DNA of 64,000 nt from assembly GCA_963715985.1 (NCBI GenBank), contig CAVQSP010000015.1:64001-128000 (forward strand), written 5' to 3'. The translations under genes and the position numbers were made by a program. Numbering within the stretch: position 1 is the stretch's first letter; each line of letters starts with the position of its first letter. Shown here piece by piece: positions 34,761 to 46,618 of this stretch. Origin of the DNA: an uncultured Thermoleophilia bacterium (GTDB lineage: Bacteria > Actinomycetota > Thermoleophilia > UBA2241). The notes under the pieces were generated by a model. That model was not told the origin of the DNA, did not search any database, and was given only the letters and a program-made list of their open reading frames with translations.

Positions 34761-37700
34761 GTGTGCGCTCGGCTCTCGGCGAGCATGCCCTTCGGCTCGG
34801 TCATCCCGGCCCTCCCCGTGATCCATCCTTGACCCACACGGATCGGCGTCGTGTCCTCGCGCCGGCGCGCGACCTCATGGCACGCGCAGCGACGGCGCCG
34901 TGCAGCAGGCCTGGACGCTGACGCACACGCGCATGGGGAACTCGCGTAGGGTACCCCGGCGCGCCAGCGGTTGTGACTCTCGGCCGAAAGGTAGTACGTC
35001 TCCGTGTCGCGGGCCATGCCCTCCATCACGCCGCCAGCTCAGCCCCAAAAGCTCCGATGCCGGATTTCCCGGCCATCAGGCTCGAGCCTCCGCGGTGCTC
35101 GCCGTCACCCGGCCACGGTGGACGTGGTCCACGGCGTGGAGGCAGAGCCCGTCGGGCTTCGGAACCGCGAATACCCGCGAAGACGCCGCCGATCGCGGGA
35201 GGGGAACGTGCTCAAGCACGGAGATGGAATAAATGCAGTCGAAGAGCCTGGCGGAGTGGCCGGAGAAGATGCGGTCGAGGTGCGCCCGAACGAAGCTCAT
35301 ACCCCGCGTAGAGCCGGCGTGAACTTCGCGAAGTCGCTCGGGCCGTTGCCCAAACCATCGTAGGGGTCGACGACGGAGACCTCGTAGCCGAGGCGGCGGA
35401 GGAGATCGGCGACGAGGGGCTCGCCCGCGATTTCAGGAGGCGGCCACCCGCGCGCCCACGGTGGCGAGAATGGCCTTGAGCAGCAAGGCCGCTGGAGGTC
35501 TTTCAGGTCGCCGGGACGCCGTGGCCAAGGGGCCGAGGTGGTCGTAGCTGTCGCAATAGTCGCGGACCGTGGCGTAGCTCAGCGGCGCGACCGCGAGGCG
35601 CGATAGCGGTCCGCGCCGAGCGCGGGTGCCGTCGTGAACCAACTGGTCTTGGCCTGATCGCCGGACCTCCATAGGAGGGACTCCTTGGACGGTCGCCTCC
35701 CCGGCGCGGCGCGAACCATGCCTCGACGAGAGCGTCCTATCATCGGTCGGTGATAGCAAATCCGCGCGCCACCAGTGGGCGGCGATGCCCCTGCAGAGGC
35801 CACCGTCGGGTGGCCTCCAGCCGGGTGTTTGCCTGGTCCGGCAGGCTCCAGATGGGTGCCCTCCCCCCACTCGTTCCAGGCGTTCATGAAGACCAGCGGC
35901 TCCTGGGCCGTCGCCCTCGCCGGCGCCCTCTCGGACCTGAACCGTTCGAGCCAGGGCTCGTAGGCCGCAGGCGAAGACCGGACGCAGATGTGCGCTTCTC
36001 AGTCCCCCGGGCGTGTTATCCCACGACGGCATGACGCCGGGGTAGCGGGTATACGGCGGTGCGGTGGGCGACTGGTTTGTGCGGCCAGTGTCGTAGTCCT
36101 CGAGGTGGCCCGCGAAGTCGGGATCGATCCGGGGATCACTGTCTGGGGTCGAGGAGCGCGCGCTCGATGTCCGGCGGGAAGTCGACGGCGGCGTCGAACC
36201 CGAACGGGCGAGGATCGCCGATGCCGAAGCTCTGGACGGCCGCAAGATGGATATCGGGGATACCTTCCTCGGGCGCAGACTGCGCCGCCACAGGCGCGCC
36301 GCGCCGGCCGCGACAGGAGAAGGTCCACCCGGTATACCAGCAGGAGCGGGCGCGCCCCCGACCGGATGTACCTCGGGTCATCGAGGAACGGGACAACTCC
36401 CGGATGAAGCGTTCGGCGTAGCCCTCCGAGTAGTCCTGCCCCATCAGGATCTCGTCCTCGGACCCGTCCCAGCGCCGCGTCCAGTTCTCGTTGGCCCAGC
36501 AGAGGCAGAACGGAAAGTCGGGCCGGCCCCTGGCCAGCAGCTGGTCGACCGGCATCTCGAGCAGTCGACGCCCGTCGAACCAGTAGTAGTAGAAGCAGAA
36601 CCCGTGGATGCCGTAGGCCTTCGCCAGGTCGGCCTGCTGCTCCATGACCTCCGGGCGCGCAGGTCGTAGTACCCGAGATCCGCCGGTATGCGTGGCTGGT
36701 AGTGACCGACGAAGTTGGGAGTGGCCGTCCCACGTTCGCCACTCGGTGAATCCCGCTCCCCACCACAGGTCGTTCTCGGGGATGGGGTGGTACTGGGGCA
36801 GGTAGAAGGCGATCAGCTTGGGGAGCCGCACGGTGTCCGGAGCAGGCACGCTGGTGCGGGGCGCGACGCCGGCAGCGCCGGGCGCCGTGAACCCTGCCGG
36901 CGCCTCCGCCTGCGGCCTGGCCCCCAGCAGCACCTCGTAGAAGTCCTTGATGCGCGCCACGTGGCCGGCCACGTCAGCTCACGCAGCGCGAACGCACGGC
37001 CGCCCGCGCCGATGCGCCGCCTGCGCTCGGGGTCGCCGAGCAGCGGCTCGACCTTGGCCGCGATCTCGAGGCCGTGACCTTCCTCGAGGAGCACGCACTC
37101 CACATCGTCGCGCAGGAAGCGGCCGATGTTCGTCCGAGGGAGGACGACGGGCTTACCCGAGGCGAGGAACTCGGGGAGCTTGGACGGCAAGCGGAAGTCG
37201 TTGAAGTCGCCGGCGTGTCCGGGCTGGACCAGCACGTCCGCGGCCGCGACGAGCCTGGGGATCTCGTCCCTGGCGCAGAACCCGAGGTCTACACGGCGCC
37301 CTGCGCCTTGGCTTCCTCGAAGTACGGGATGTCGATGTCGTTGCGGCCGGTCTTGACCAGCACCACCGGGTGGCCGCGTCGTCGCAGGGCCGCGATACCG
37401 ACAACCAGGCTGCGGAACTCGGCCACGTTGGAGCGGTGGACGTTGCCGGTATACGCCGCGATACGTCCGCCTCACCCACCCCGAGGCGGCGGCGGAAGCC
37501 GGGCTCCGGCCGCGCCTCCGCGAACCCGGCGTCGAACCCCGCCCAGAACACCAGGCCGGGCACTTCCGGCGGCTTGAACTCGAGCAGGCGGTCCATGAGC
37601 GCGGTCACACCGGCGGCCCGGGCGAGGAACTCCGGGTAGTGGGTGGGGTGAGAGCGATGGGCCGCCACGAGGCGGTCGATCACGGGGCGCGGTAGCCTGC

Positions 37701-38073
37701 CGAGTTCGGCAAAGCTCGCTCCCCCCAGTTCGTCTTCTACGATGATCTCCTCGTTGTCCTCCAGGTGGACCACGTAGGGGATGCCGTGGCGGCTCGCCAG
37801 GGCCTCCGTGAGCGTGCGCACCAGCTCCCGCGGCGTCCACGCGTGGACGAGGTCGGGCCCGCGCCCGTCGGAGAAGACGATGGGGCCTCGCGCCGCGTCG
37901 TCGTGGTGCAGCAGGCGGAAGCGGGGCTTGCCGTGAGAGCGCACGGTGGAGGGGTCGTTGGGCACGCACACGACGCACTCCACGCCGAGAGCCTGGAGCT
38001 CGTTGGCGACGCTGAACACGTGCATGGCGCTGTTGCCCAGGAAGTCGCAATGGCTGACGAGGACGACGTTCAT
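34757..38073 (-). CDS. Multidomain glycan enzyme(s): GT4 + WbsX-like + methyltransferase (many frameshifts; one gene or up to three)
   Basis: FRLPSKLPEFLASG (GT4). IAFYLPQYH, GFTEW, FCFYYYWF, CWANENW, NAWNEWGEG (WbsX-like). YSISVLEH (methyltransferase). Confidence 0.72.
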
Positions 38074-41000
38074 GCCCCAGCCCCCACGTCGTCCGGTGCG
38101 TCGCCGTGCCAGTACGGGTCGCCACGCGCGATCAGCGGCTCCCAGGCGTCGAGCAGCAGGAGCCGGTCCAGCGCCGCAGCCTCGCTCTCGGGCGCAGCCG
38201 CCACGCGGTGACGCACCGTGACCCGAGGCGTGCACAGGTTGCGGTGGCCCGCGGAGAGGGCGCGGATCGACAAGTCGACGGCCTGCCAGTACTCCGTGGC
38301 GAAGTACTCGTTCAGCCCTCCGAGCTGGTCCAGCGTCTCGCGCGTCACAGCCAGGCAAGAACCGGACACGGCGGTCACTTCACGCACGCACGCGAGCGAC
38401 CCTGCGTAGCCGTCCGAGCCGAGTCGCCCCCCGCACATCGCCGGGCCGACCCCTCCATCGGCGGTCAGGTGGAGCCCCGCGCTCGAGACTCTGCCGTCAG
38501 GCGCGAGGACCACGGGAGTGACGCAGGCCACGCCCGGCAGCTCGCAGTCGAAGAGCAGGTGCTCCAGCCAGTCCGGCGTCTCGACCTCGAGGTCGCCGGC
38601 AAGAGAGACGATCAGCCGGCCCGTCGCCCGCTCGAGTCCGGCGCGCGCGGCCGCTCCGCCTCGCGCGCCCGCGGCGACCGCGACGACGCCCTGCTCTTGC
38701 AGACGCCGGACGACGGCCTCCGGCAGGTCGCCCCCAGCGACGATGACCTCGCGGTCCGGATAGCTGCCGCCCGAGAGGATCCGCTCGAGGCACGCATCGA
38801 GATGGGTCTCGGCGCCTGCCGCCCTGACGACGACGCTCACCCGCGGAAGGTCGCTCCGCGGCCGCGGCGCGATGAGCAGGCGGTGCGCGAGACCGGGGTT
38901 CGAGCGCGCCTCGCCGGGCACCCCACAACGGGCGAGGTGCGCGTTCACGGCGGCCGCCTGTCTGGGCTCGATGTCCTGCTTCACGTCGGCGTGAGTGGCG
39001 ACGCTGCCGGGGATCATGCGCCAGTGATAGAGGACCTTGGGCACGTGCGCGATACGGTCCGTCCGCTCGGCCACACGCAGCATGAACTCGAAGTCCTGGA
39101 CGTTGTCGAACGCGGGATCGAACCCGCCGGCTGCCCGGGCCAGCGTCGTCCGCACCACGAGGAGGTGTCCGACATACATCACGCCCCTCAACATCTCGAG
39201 CGACCAGTCCGGCTTGCGGAACACCTCTGCGAAGGCGCCGTCGGCCGAGATGGAGTCCTGGTCCGTGTAGACGGCGTCCACCGCCGGGTCGGCGTTCAGC
39301 ACTTTGACCACGTCGAGCAACGCTCCCGGCGACAGCTCGTCGTCGTGATCCAGCATGGCGACGTACTCGCCGCGGGCCGTCGCGAGCGCCGCGTTCGTCG
39401 CCGCCGCGATGCCTGCGTTGTCCTCCAGGCGCACGACACGGATGCGCGGGTCGCGCCGCTCCAACTCTGCGACGGCGGCGCGCGTCTCCGCCTTGCTCGA
39501 GCCGTCGTCGCACACGCAGAGCTCCCACTCCTGGTACGCCTGCGCCATGACCGACTCCACGGCCAGCTGCAGGTAGTCGGCCGGCGTGTCGTAGACGGGC
39601 AGCAGGATCGAGACCGTGGGCCTATACGCGAGACCGACGGCCTCCGCCGCCATGAGCAGCGGGTCCGCGAGGCTCTCCACGCGCCTGGGAGCGGAGCGCC
39701 CGCGCGCGCGGAGCGCGATCAGCCCCGGTGCGAACCTCCTCGCCAGCTTGCCGGCCTCGCGGCGCACGCGGCCGCTGCGGGCGCTGCGAGACAGACGCTC
39801 CACCTGGCGGCCGGCCACGCGCACCGGCGAGCTCACCCGCCACGACGTGGACGCGTGCACCTCGCCGAGCTGCCGCGTCAGCGCCGAGACCTCCCCGCGC
39901 AGGCGCACGACCGCCGCCTCAGCTTCCAGCCGTGCTGCTCGCTGCTCCGCAAGCCCCTTCTCCGCTCGCTCCTGCTCCCACGTGATGAAGCGGTCGAAGA
40001 CATTGGGCTGGACGGCCAGCACGCGCGCCAGCTCGGCGTGCTCCCGGGCGACGTAGTAGCGGTTCAGGCCGTCGAAGTGGGCGTACTGGTAGTCGCGCGC
40101 CAACAGCTCGGCCTCCCAGTCCTCGTGACTCTCGGTCTGCGTGTTGGGGAGCGTCGCCTTGATCACCAGGATCCACGGCCGCCAGCGTGAGAGGTCCATG
40201 CCACCGAGGACGTCGGCCTCTGCGCCCTCCACGTCGATCTTGAGGAAGTGGACCTCCCCGACTGCGTGCTCCTCGCAGATCCGGGCGAGCGTCGTCATCG
40301 GGACCGCGAGCACCTCGACCTCGAGCCCTTGCGCCCGGTACTCCGCGGCAAGGCGCTCGTCGGAGGTCGCATAACCCCGCCTGTCGGGGAGATCGAAGAG
40401 CGTCAGGATGCCTTCGCGAGTGCCCGCCGCAACGGCCAGATTCATGTCCCGCGGCCGCCTCTCCACGAAGCTCGCGTGACCTGCCGGCACGGGCTCCACG
40501 TTGATCCCGTGCCAGCCTGCGTCGTAGAAGGCCCTGGTGACCGAGATCTCGTCCGGGTCGCTTGCTCCCACGTCGATGTAGAAGCCGTCCTGGACGTCCT
40601 TGAGCGCACGCCACAGGAGGACGTCCTCGCAGTTCTGGGCATGAGAGACGAAGGGCACGGGATGATGATAGGGAACACGGGCTATGCGGTCGACCTCGGC
40701 GGCCCGGGAGCCCAGGTCGAAGGGGCCGGGCCCGTCCAGGCTCGCAAGGCGAGCGACGAGGACGCCGTCGAAGGCGAACGTCTCGTTGTCGACGTCGGCG
40801 GATGCGATGATGGTGTAGCCGCGGGCTTCGAGGAACTGCCGGCACTCGAGATGCAGCTGCTGGCTGTGGGTGCCTATGAACCAGTAGCCGATCCGCCCCG
40901 CCGCCATGGTGTCCTCGGCGCCGCTCAGCATCTCGAGCTCGGCGCCCTGCACGTCGGCGTGCAGGACATCGACGAAGTCGATGCCCTTCTCGATCACAAA

Positions 41001-41489
41001 ATCGTCCACGCGCAGTCCCCCGCCACCGACCGCCGCCTGCGTGAAGTCGCCCTGCAATCCGTTGCGCTCGAAGTTGAGCAGGCCTGCCTCGAGGTTGTGG
41101 TCGTCCGGCTCCACGCAGAACACTCGAGAGCCGGGTACAGCCCTCAGGAACCACATCGAGTAGAAGGCCCAGTACGAGCCGAGCTCGATCATGGTGGCGC
41201 CGGCGGGGATGTGCTGGAGCACCTCCATGAACACGCGTTCTTCCTGGGGCTCATGGACCCCGCGATTCAGCTCGAGGATGCGGGCGAACTCGCCGTAGTA
41301 CGCGTACTCCCCCACGGCCACCTCGAGACCGTTGTGCATGGTCACGAAGCCGCCGGCGACCGTGCCGGCCGCCGGCACGCGAGGGATGGCCTCGTTGTTG
41401 GGGTCGGCCAGGATCTCGCGGAACCGGCCTTCGAAGTCGTCAGGCGCCGTCGCGCACAACGGTGAGCACCTCCCGCCGGGCGCGCTCAT
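38070..41489 (-). CDS. Multidomain protein: two FkbM-like methyltransferases + GT2 + degenerate GT2
   Basis: HADVQGAE, YIDVGA, FLKIDVEGAE, STSWRVSSPVR, LPVYDT, CDDGS, LDHDD, LYHWR. Confidence 0.88.
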   Translation of the reverse strand: MSAPGGRCSPLCATAPDDFEGRFREILADPNNEAIPRVPAAGTVAGGFVTMHNGLEVAVGEYAYYGEFARILELNRGVHEPQEERVFMEVLQHIPAGATMIELGSYWAFYSMWFLRAVPGSRVFCVEPDDHNLEAGLLNFERNGLQGDFTQAAVGGGGLRVDDFVIEKGIDFVDVLHADVQGAELEMLSGAEDTMAAGRIGYWFIGTHSQQLHLECRQFLEARGYTIIASADVDNETFAFDGVLVARLASLDGPGPFDLGSRAAEVDRIARVPYHHPVPFVSHAQNCEDVLLWRALKDVQDGFYIDVGASDPDEISVTRAFYDAGWHGINVEPVPAGHASFVERRPRDMNLAVAAGTREGILTLFDLPDRRGYATSDERLAAEYRAQGLEVEVLAVPMTTLARICEEHAVGEVHFLKIDVEGAEADVLGGMDLSRWRPWILVIKATLPNTQTESHEDWEAELLARDYQYAHFDGLNRYYVAREHAELARVLAVQPNVFDRFITWEQERAEKGLAEQRAARLEAEAAVVRLRGEVSALTRQLGEVHASTSWRVSSPVRVAGRQVERLSRSARSGRVRREAGKLARRFAPGLIALRARGRSAPRRVESLADPLLMAAEAVGLAYRPTVSILLPVYDTPADYLQLAVESVMAQAYQEWELCVCDDGSSKAETRAAVAELERRDPRIRVVRLEDNAGIAAATNAALATARGEYVAMLDHDDELSPGALLDVVKVLNADPAVDAVYTDQDSISADGAFAEVFRKPDWSLEMLRGVMYVGHLLVVRTTLARAAGGFDPAFDNVQDFEFMLRVAERTDRIAHVPKVLYHWRMIPGSVATHADVKQDIEPRQAAAVNAHLARCGVPGEARSNPGLAHRLLIAPRPRSDLPRVSVVVRAAGAETHLDACLERILSGGSYPDREVIVAGGDLPEAVVRRLQEQGVVAVAAGARGGAAARAGLERATGRLIVSLAGDLEVETPDWLEHLLFDCELPGVACVTPVVLAPDGRVSSAGLHLTADGGVGPAMCGGRLGSDGYAGSLACVREVTAVSGSCLAVTRETLDQLGGLNEYFATEYWQAVDLSIRALSAGHRNLCTPRVTVRHRVAAAPESEAAALDRLLLLDAWEPLIARGDPYWHGDAPDDVGAGA

Positions 41490-41690
41490 GCACGCCGGCC
41501 ACGCCACAGGACCACGGAGTGGAAAGCTTAGCTTACGGAGTCATCGCAAGACAGCACACAGGCAGCGGGTCTGCGACGGCCGCCTCGAGCCGAATCAGAC
41601 TGGCGCGGGCCGCGAGGGCCTTGGCCGACGCAGCTCGTCCGCGACCCCTGCGCGGCGCAGTCCCGATCCCGGGCGAGAACGTCCGCCAGG

Positions 41691-44600
41691 CTACCTGCCC
41701 ACCGTCGCACGCACCGGGCTCGCCGCGGCCGCGGCGCTCACCGTCACGCTGCCGGGGCTGGTGGCGAACACCGACCAGGTGCCGGTGCCGGCCGTGGAGC
41801 GCCAGGCGACGATCACCTTGTAGCCGGAGCCGGCGGGCACCTCGCAGGTGAGGTCGGTGGAGTGGCTGCTGCCGCCGGCAGGGGGGCACCTGTAGGTGAG
41901 GTCGGTGGTGTGGCTGCTGCCGCCGGCGGGGGCGACGAGCTTGCCGATGTACCAGCTCTGCGCAGCGGAGCGCAGCCAGACGCCGAACTCGCCGCTGGCG
42001 AGCGCGACCGAGCTCGTCCAGTTGACCGTGAGGGCGGCGCCGACCGTCCTGCTCACGGTGCCGGTGGGGACGCTGATGGCGAGGGTCGGGGTGGGCGGCG
42101 GGCTCGCGGGCGTGACCGTGAAGGCGGCGGGCAGTACGGAGACGGCGGCCACGGCCTGGCCGGGCAGCACGTCGTAGGCGAGCTCGACGTCGTAGGTGCC
42201 GGCGCTCGCGGCGGAGAGGCCGACGTCGCAGGTGACGGTGACGCTGCCGCCGGGGTTGAGGACGACGTTGGTCGCCGTGAGCACGGCGTTGGGGGCGGCG
42301 GTCTGGCGCAGGCGCACGGCGTCGGCGGCGACGATCTTGTCGAAGTCGCTGCCCGAGAGCGTGAGGTGCACCGGGCTCGCCGTGCCGCTGGCCGCGCTCG
42401 TCGGGGCGACCGTGGTGAGCGCCGGGCTCGCCGCGGCCGCGGCGCTCACCGTCACGCTGCCGGGGCTGGTGGCGAACACCGACCAGGTGCCGGTGCCGGC
42501 CGTGGAGCGCCAGGCGACGATCACCTTGTAGCCGGAGCCGGCGGGCACCTCGCAGGTGAGGTCGGTGGTGTGGCTGCTGCCGCCGGCGGGGGCGACGAGC
42601 TTGCCGATGTACCAGCTCTGCGCAGCGGAGCGCAGCCAGACGCCGAACTCGCCGCTGGCGAGCGCGACCGAGCTCGTCCAGTTGACCGTGAGGGCGGCGC
42701 CGACCGTCCTGCTCACGGTGCCGGTGGGGACGCTGATGGCGAGGGTCGGGGTGGGCGGCGGGCTCGCGGGCGTGACCGTGAAGGCGGCGGGCAGTACGGA
42801 GACGGCGGCCACGGCCTGGCCGGGCAGCACGTCGTAGGCGAGCTCGACGTCGTAGGTGCCGGCGCTCGCGGCGGAGAGGCCGACGTCGCAGGTGACGGTG
42901 ACGCTGCCGCCGGGGTTGAGGACGACGTTGGTCGCCGTGAGCACGGCGTTGGGGGCGGCGGTCTGGCGCAGGCGCACGGCGTCGGCGGCGACGATCTTGT
43001 CGAAGTCGCTGCCCGAGAGCGTGAGGTGCACCGGGCTCGCCGTGCCGCTGGCCGCGCTCGTCGGGGCGACCGTGGTGAGCGCCGGGCTCGCCGCGGCCGC
43101 GGCGCTCACCGTCACGCTGCCGGGGCTGGTGGCGAACACCGACCAGGTGCCGGTGCCGGCCGTGGAGCGCCAGGCGACGATCACCTTGTAGCCGGAGCCG
43201 GCGGGCACCTCGCAGGTGAGGTCGGTGGTGTGGCTGCTGCCGCCGGCGGGGGCGACGAGCTTGCCGATGTACCAGCTCTGCGCAGCGGAGCGCAGCCAGA
43301 CGCCGAACTCGCCGCTGGCGAGCGCGACCGAGCTCGTCCAGTTGACCGTGAGGGCGGCGCCGACCGTCCTGCTCACGGTGCCGGTGGGGACGCTGATGGC
43401 GAGGGTCGGGGTGGGCGGCGGGCTCGCGGGCGTGACCGTGAAGGCGGCGGGCAGTACGGAGACGGCGGCCACGGCCTGGCCGGGCAGCACGTCGTAGGCG
43501 AGCTCGACGTCGTAGGTGCCGGCGCTCGCGGCGGAGAGGCCGACGTCGCAGGTGACGGTGACGCTGCCGCCGGGGTTGAGGACGACGTTGGTCGCCGTGA
43601 GCACGGCGTTGGGGGCGGCGGTCTGGCGCAGGCGCACGGCGTCGGCGGCGACGATCTTGTCGAAGTCGCTGCCCGAGAGCGTGAGGTGCACCGGGCTCGC
43701 CGTGCCGCTGGCCGCGCTCGTCGGGGCGACCGTGGTGAGCGCCGGGCTCGCCGCGGCCGCGGCGCTCACCGTCACGCTGCCGGGGCTGGTGGCGAACACC
43801 GACCAGGTGCCGGTGCCGGCCGTGGAGCGCCAGGCGACGATCACCTTGTAGCCGGAGCCGGCGGGCACCTCGCAGGTGAGGTCGGTGGTGTGGCTGCTGC
43901 CGCCGGCGGGGGCGACGAGCTTGCCGATGTACCAGCTCTGCGCAGCGGAGCGCAGCCAGACGCCGAACTCGCCGCTGGCGAGCGCGACGGAGCTCGTCCA
44001 GTTGACCGTGAGGGCGGCGCCGACCGTCCTGCTCACGGTGCCGGTGGGGACGCTGATGGCGAGGGTCGGGGTGGGGGTGGCGGAGGAGGCGGTGGCGTAC
44101 ACCTTCAGGCACACGTTGGCGTTTGCCCGCAGCGTGGTGAGATCGGTCCAGCTGGTCCCATTGGAGCTGTAGTAGCTCTGACCGGCAGAGGCCGTCGCGG
44201 TGCCCGAGTAGCCTGACAGCGGGTACTCAATGGCCAAGGGGTAGGTGTCGCCGGGCGTCGTCAGCTTCACGGCGACCACGAAGCTCGAGCCTTGCGTCAG
44301 CGTCACGGCCGACGAGAACGTCGCCGTGTGGAAGCCCATGGCGGGCTGTGTGCCCTGGGCGACCAGTGGAGACTGCCGATGGACGGACCTTCATAGACCT
44401 CGTAGGACGTGTTCGGCGCCTCCGCATAGAAGCCGGCGGCAGTGAGCTGCGAGTCGGCGGCGGCCGTGAACACGTTGGCGCCCCAGAACGTGGTGCTCGA
44501 TCCCGTGCCGATCTCGCCGATGTCCCCAAGAGCGTCGTACTGATAGACGGTGTCGTAGTTCGTCGCCGACTGGGCGCCCTCGAAGGTGGCCGCGTAGCCC

Positions 44601-45570
44601 GAGCGCCCGAACTTGGTGTCGTAGTACGAGACGTAGAAGTAGCCGCTCTCGCCCCAGCCCGCGCCCCAGCTGTTCCTGACGATGAACGCGCCGGGGCCCG
44701 GCGGCGCCGTGGCGAAGTTGCTCGCCGCGTAGTTGTCGTCCCAGCCGACGGCGAGCACGCCGTGATTGGTGCCGGCCGAGCCGTTGTAGCAGTAGGCGTG
44801 GGTGGTGGCGTTGAAGTACTCCGAACCGCCGGACGATCCCTGCCAGGACATCGAGACGTACGTGCCTCCGTAGGTCATCACCGCGCTCTTGATGCGGTCG
44901 TTGTCGGTGGCCGAGGTGCGGGCCGTGTACCAGGAGACCTCCTGCACGTGCTTTCGCGGCGTGAGGCCGGACGGCGTGACGCCGTCCCCGTACGCGTCGT
45001 CAGCCTCCCACACCGGCCCTGCCCAACGGACGAGGTAGGCCGTGGCCATGAAGATGTTGCCGCCGAAGCCGTACTTCTCGGTCGCGGTGCTGCCCGAGTC
45101 GAAACCGCTGGCGAGCACCATGTTGTCTTCGGACAGGTCGACCGACTCGCCGGTGAGGAGGGCCGACTCGGCTGAGCCGCAGGCGGCGAACGACCAGCAG
45201 GTGCCGTACAGGATTCTGGTTCCTGACAGGCGTGACCTTGCCGGTCGCGCGAAGGTCGTAAGTTGGGCGCGAACGCGTCGAGCAGGCGACGCGCCGACGG
45301 CACGACGTCCGTGAAGATCTGATGCGGGGCGGGACGCTCGCCGAGACCGAGGCCGTCGGGAGTTCGGAAGGTGTCGTCCATGGTCGCCGAGGCCGACCGT
45401 GAGAGCACGAAGGCCGGAGCGAGCGGGGCGACCTTGACGGCGGTCACCGCCGTCCGCGCGCCGCCGAAGCGGTCGCCTTGCTTGGCCATGAGCGCCGCCG
45501 GAATGGCTGGACAGCGCCAGAGCGGTGGCCGCGGAAACCGCGACGTGACGAGAAGACGGCGACGAAGCAT
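41691..45570 (-). CDS. Secreted C1A papain-family cysteine protease with lectin-like domain and tandem 220-aa Ig-like repeats (frameshifted, possibly 3' truncated)
   Basis: YGTCWSFA, NHGVLAVGW and IVRNSWG catalytic motifs. YQYD...WGANVF lectin-like domain. AAGGAG RBS and Arg-rich signal start. Confidence 0.85.
41894..44075. repeat. 660-bp tandem repeat, about 3.3 near-identical copies (further partial copy at about 41712-41880)
   Basis: Sequence recurs at +660 (for example 41941, 42601, 43261, 43921). Only one difference noticed, at about 43989. Confidence 0.97.
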
Positions 45571-45811
45571 GGACGACTCCTTTCGGCCACCGGTCTGCCG
45601 CTACCGGGTGACCCCCGCAGCACGGCTGAGCACGGCCGCGCCGACACAGCAGATACCCACCGCATGCATCGGCAGAGAACGCGCGCACCTGAGGAATCGG
45701 CGTCGCCCGCGCTGGAATCACCCTCCCACCTCGCACGCCCTCACGGCCCGCACCTCGGCTCGGCTGGGCTATACTGGCGCCATCCGCTCCCCCCTACCCC
45801 ACACCCATGAC

Positions 45812-46618
45812 GTGAACAGACTCATCGCGCGCATCCACGAGCGCTACCGCTACCCGCTCATCATCCTGCGCGCGATGGTGGTCACGGACTTCAAGCTGCG
45901 CTATCAGGGGTCTTTGCTGGGCTACCTCTGGACCCTCCTGCGCCCCTTCGCGATCTTCACGATCCTCTACATCGTGTTCGCAGGTTCCTGCGGCTGGGGG
46001 CATCCATCCCCTACTACCCCGTCTACCTGCTGCTCGGCATCGTGTGGTGGGGGTTCTTCGCCGAGGCCACGACGCAGGGGCTGACCGCGCTCGTGGCGCG
46101 CGCCGACCTGCTGCGCAAGATCCGCTTCCCCCGCTACGTCGTCGTGCTGTCCATCGGCGCATCTGTGCTCATCAGCTTCGGCCTCAACATGGTCGTCATC
46201 TGCATCTTCATGGCGATCATCCAGGTGCCGTGCGCCTCGATATCCTGTGGCTGCCGCTGCTTTTCTCGAGCTCGCCGCGCTGTCGGTCGCGATGGCGTTC
46301 TTCCTCAGCGCCCTGTTCGTGCGCTTTCGCGACCTCAACTACATCTGGGAAGTCCTATGCAGGCGGCGCTGTATGCCACGCCGATCATGTACCCACTCTC
46401 GCTGATCCCCACGGATGGGCCAAGCTCCTGATCCTGAACCCCATGGCCCAGATCATCCAGGACGCTCGTTACGTGATGGTCACGCCGGAGACGGAGACCA
46501 TGACCCAGCTCTACGGCACGCCCTGGGTGCGTCGTGCCCGTGGGCATCACCGTCGCCTGGCGGTGACCTCGGTGGTCTACTTCCGCCGCAAGTCGCCTTC
46601 TTTGCCGAGGAGGCCTGA
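45812..46618 (+). CDS. wzm: Polysaccharide ABC exporter permease, Wzm type (frameshifted)
   Basis: DFKLRYQGSLLGYLWTLLRP, LLRKIRFP, YATPIMYP, NPMAQII. Confidence 0.85.

Noticed and set aside
41894-44075. 660-bp repeats as a mobile element, CRISPR or DGR template
   Set aside because: In-frame coding repeats of the protease, with no adenine-specific variation and no reverse transcriptase nearby.
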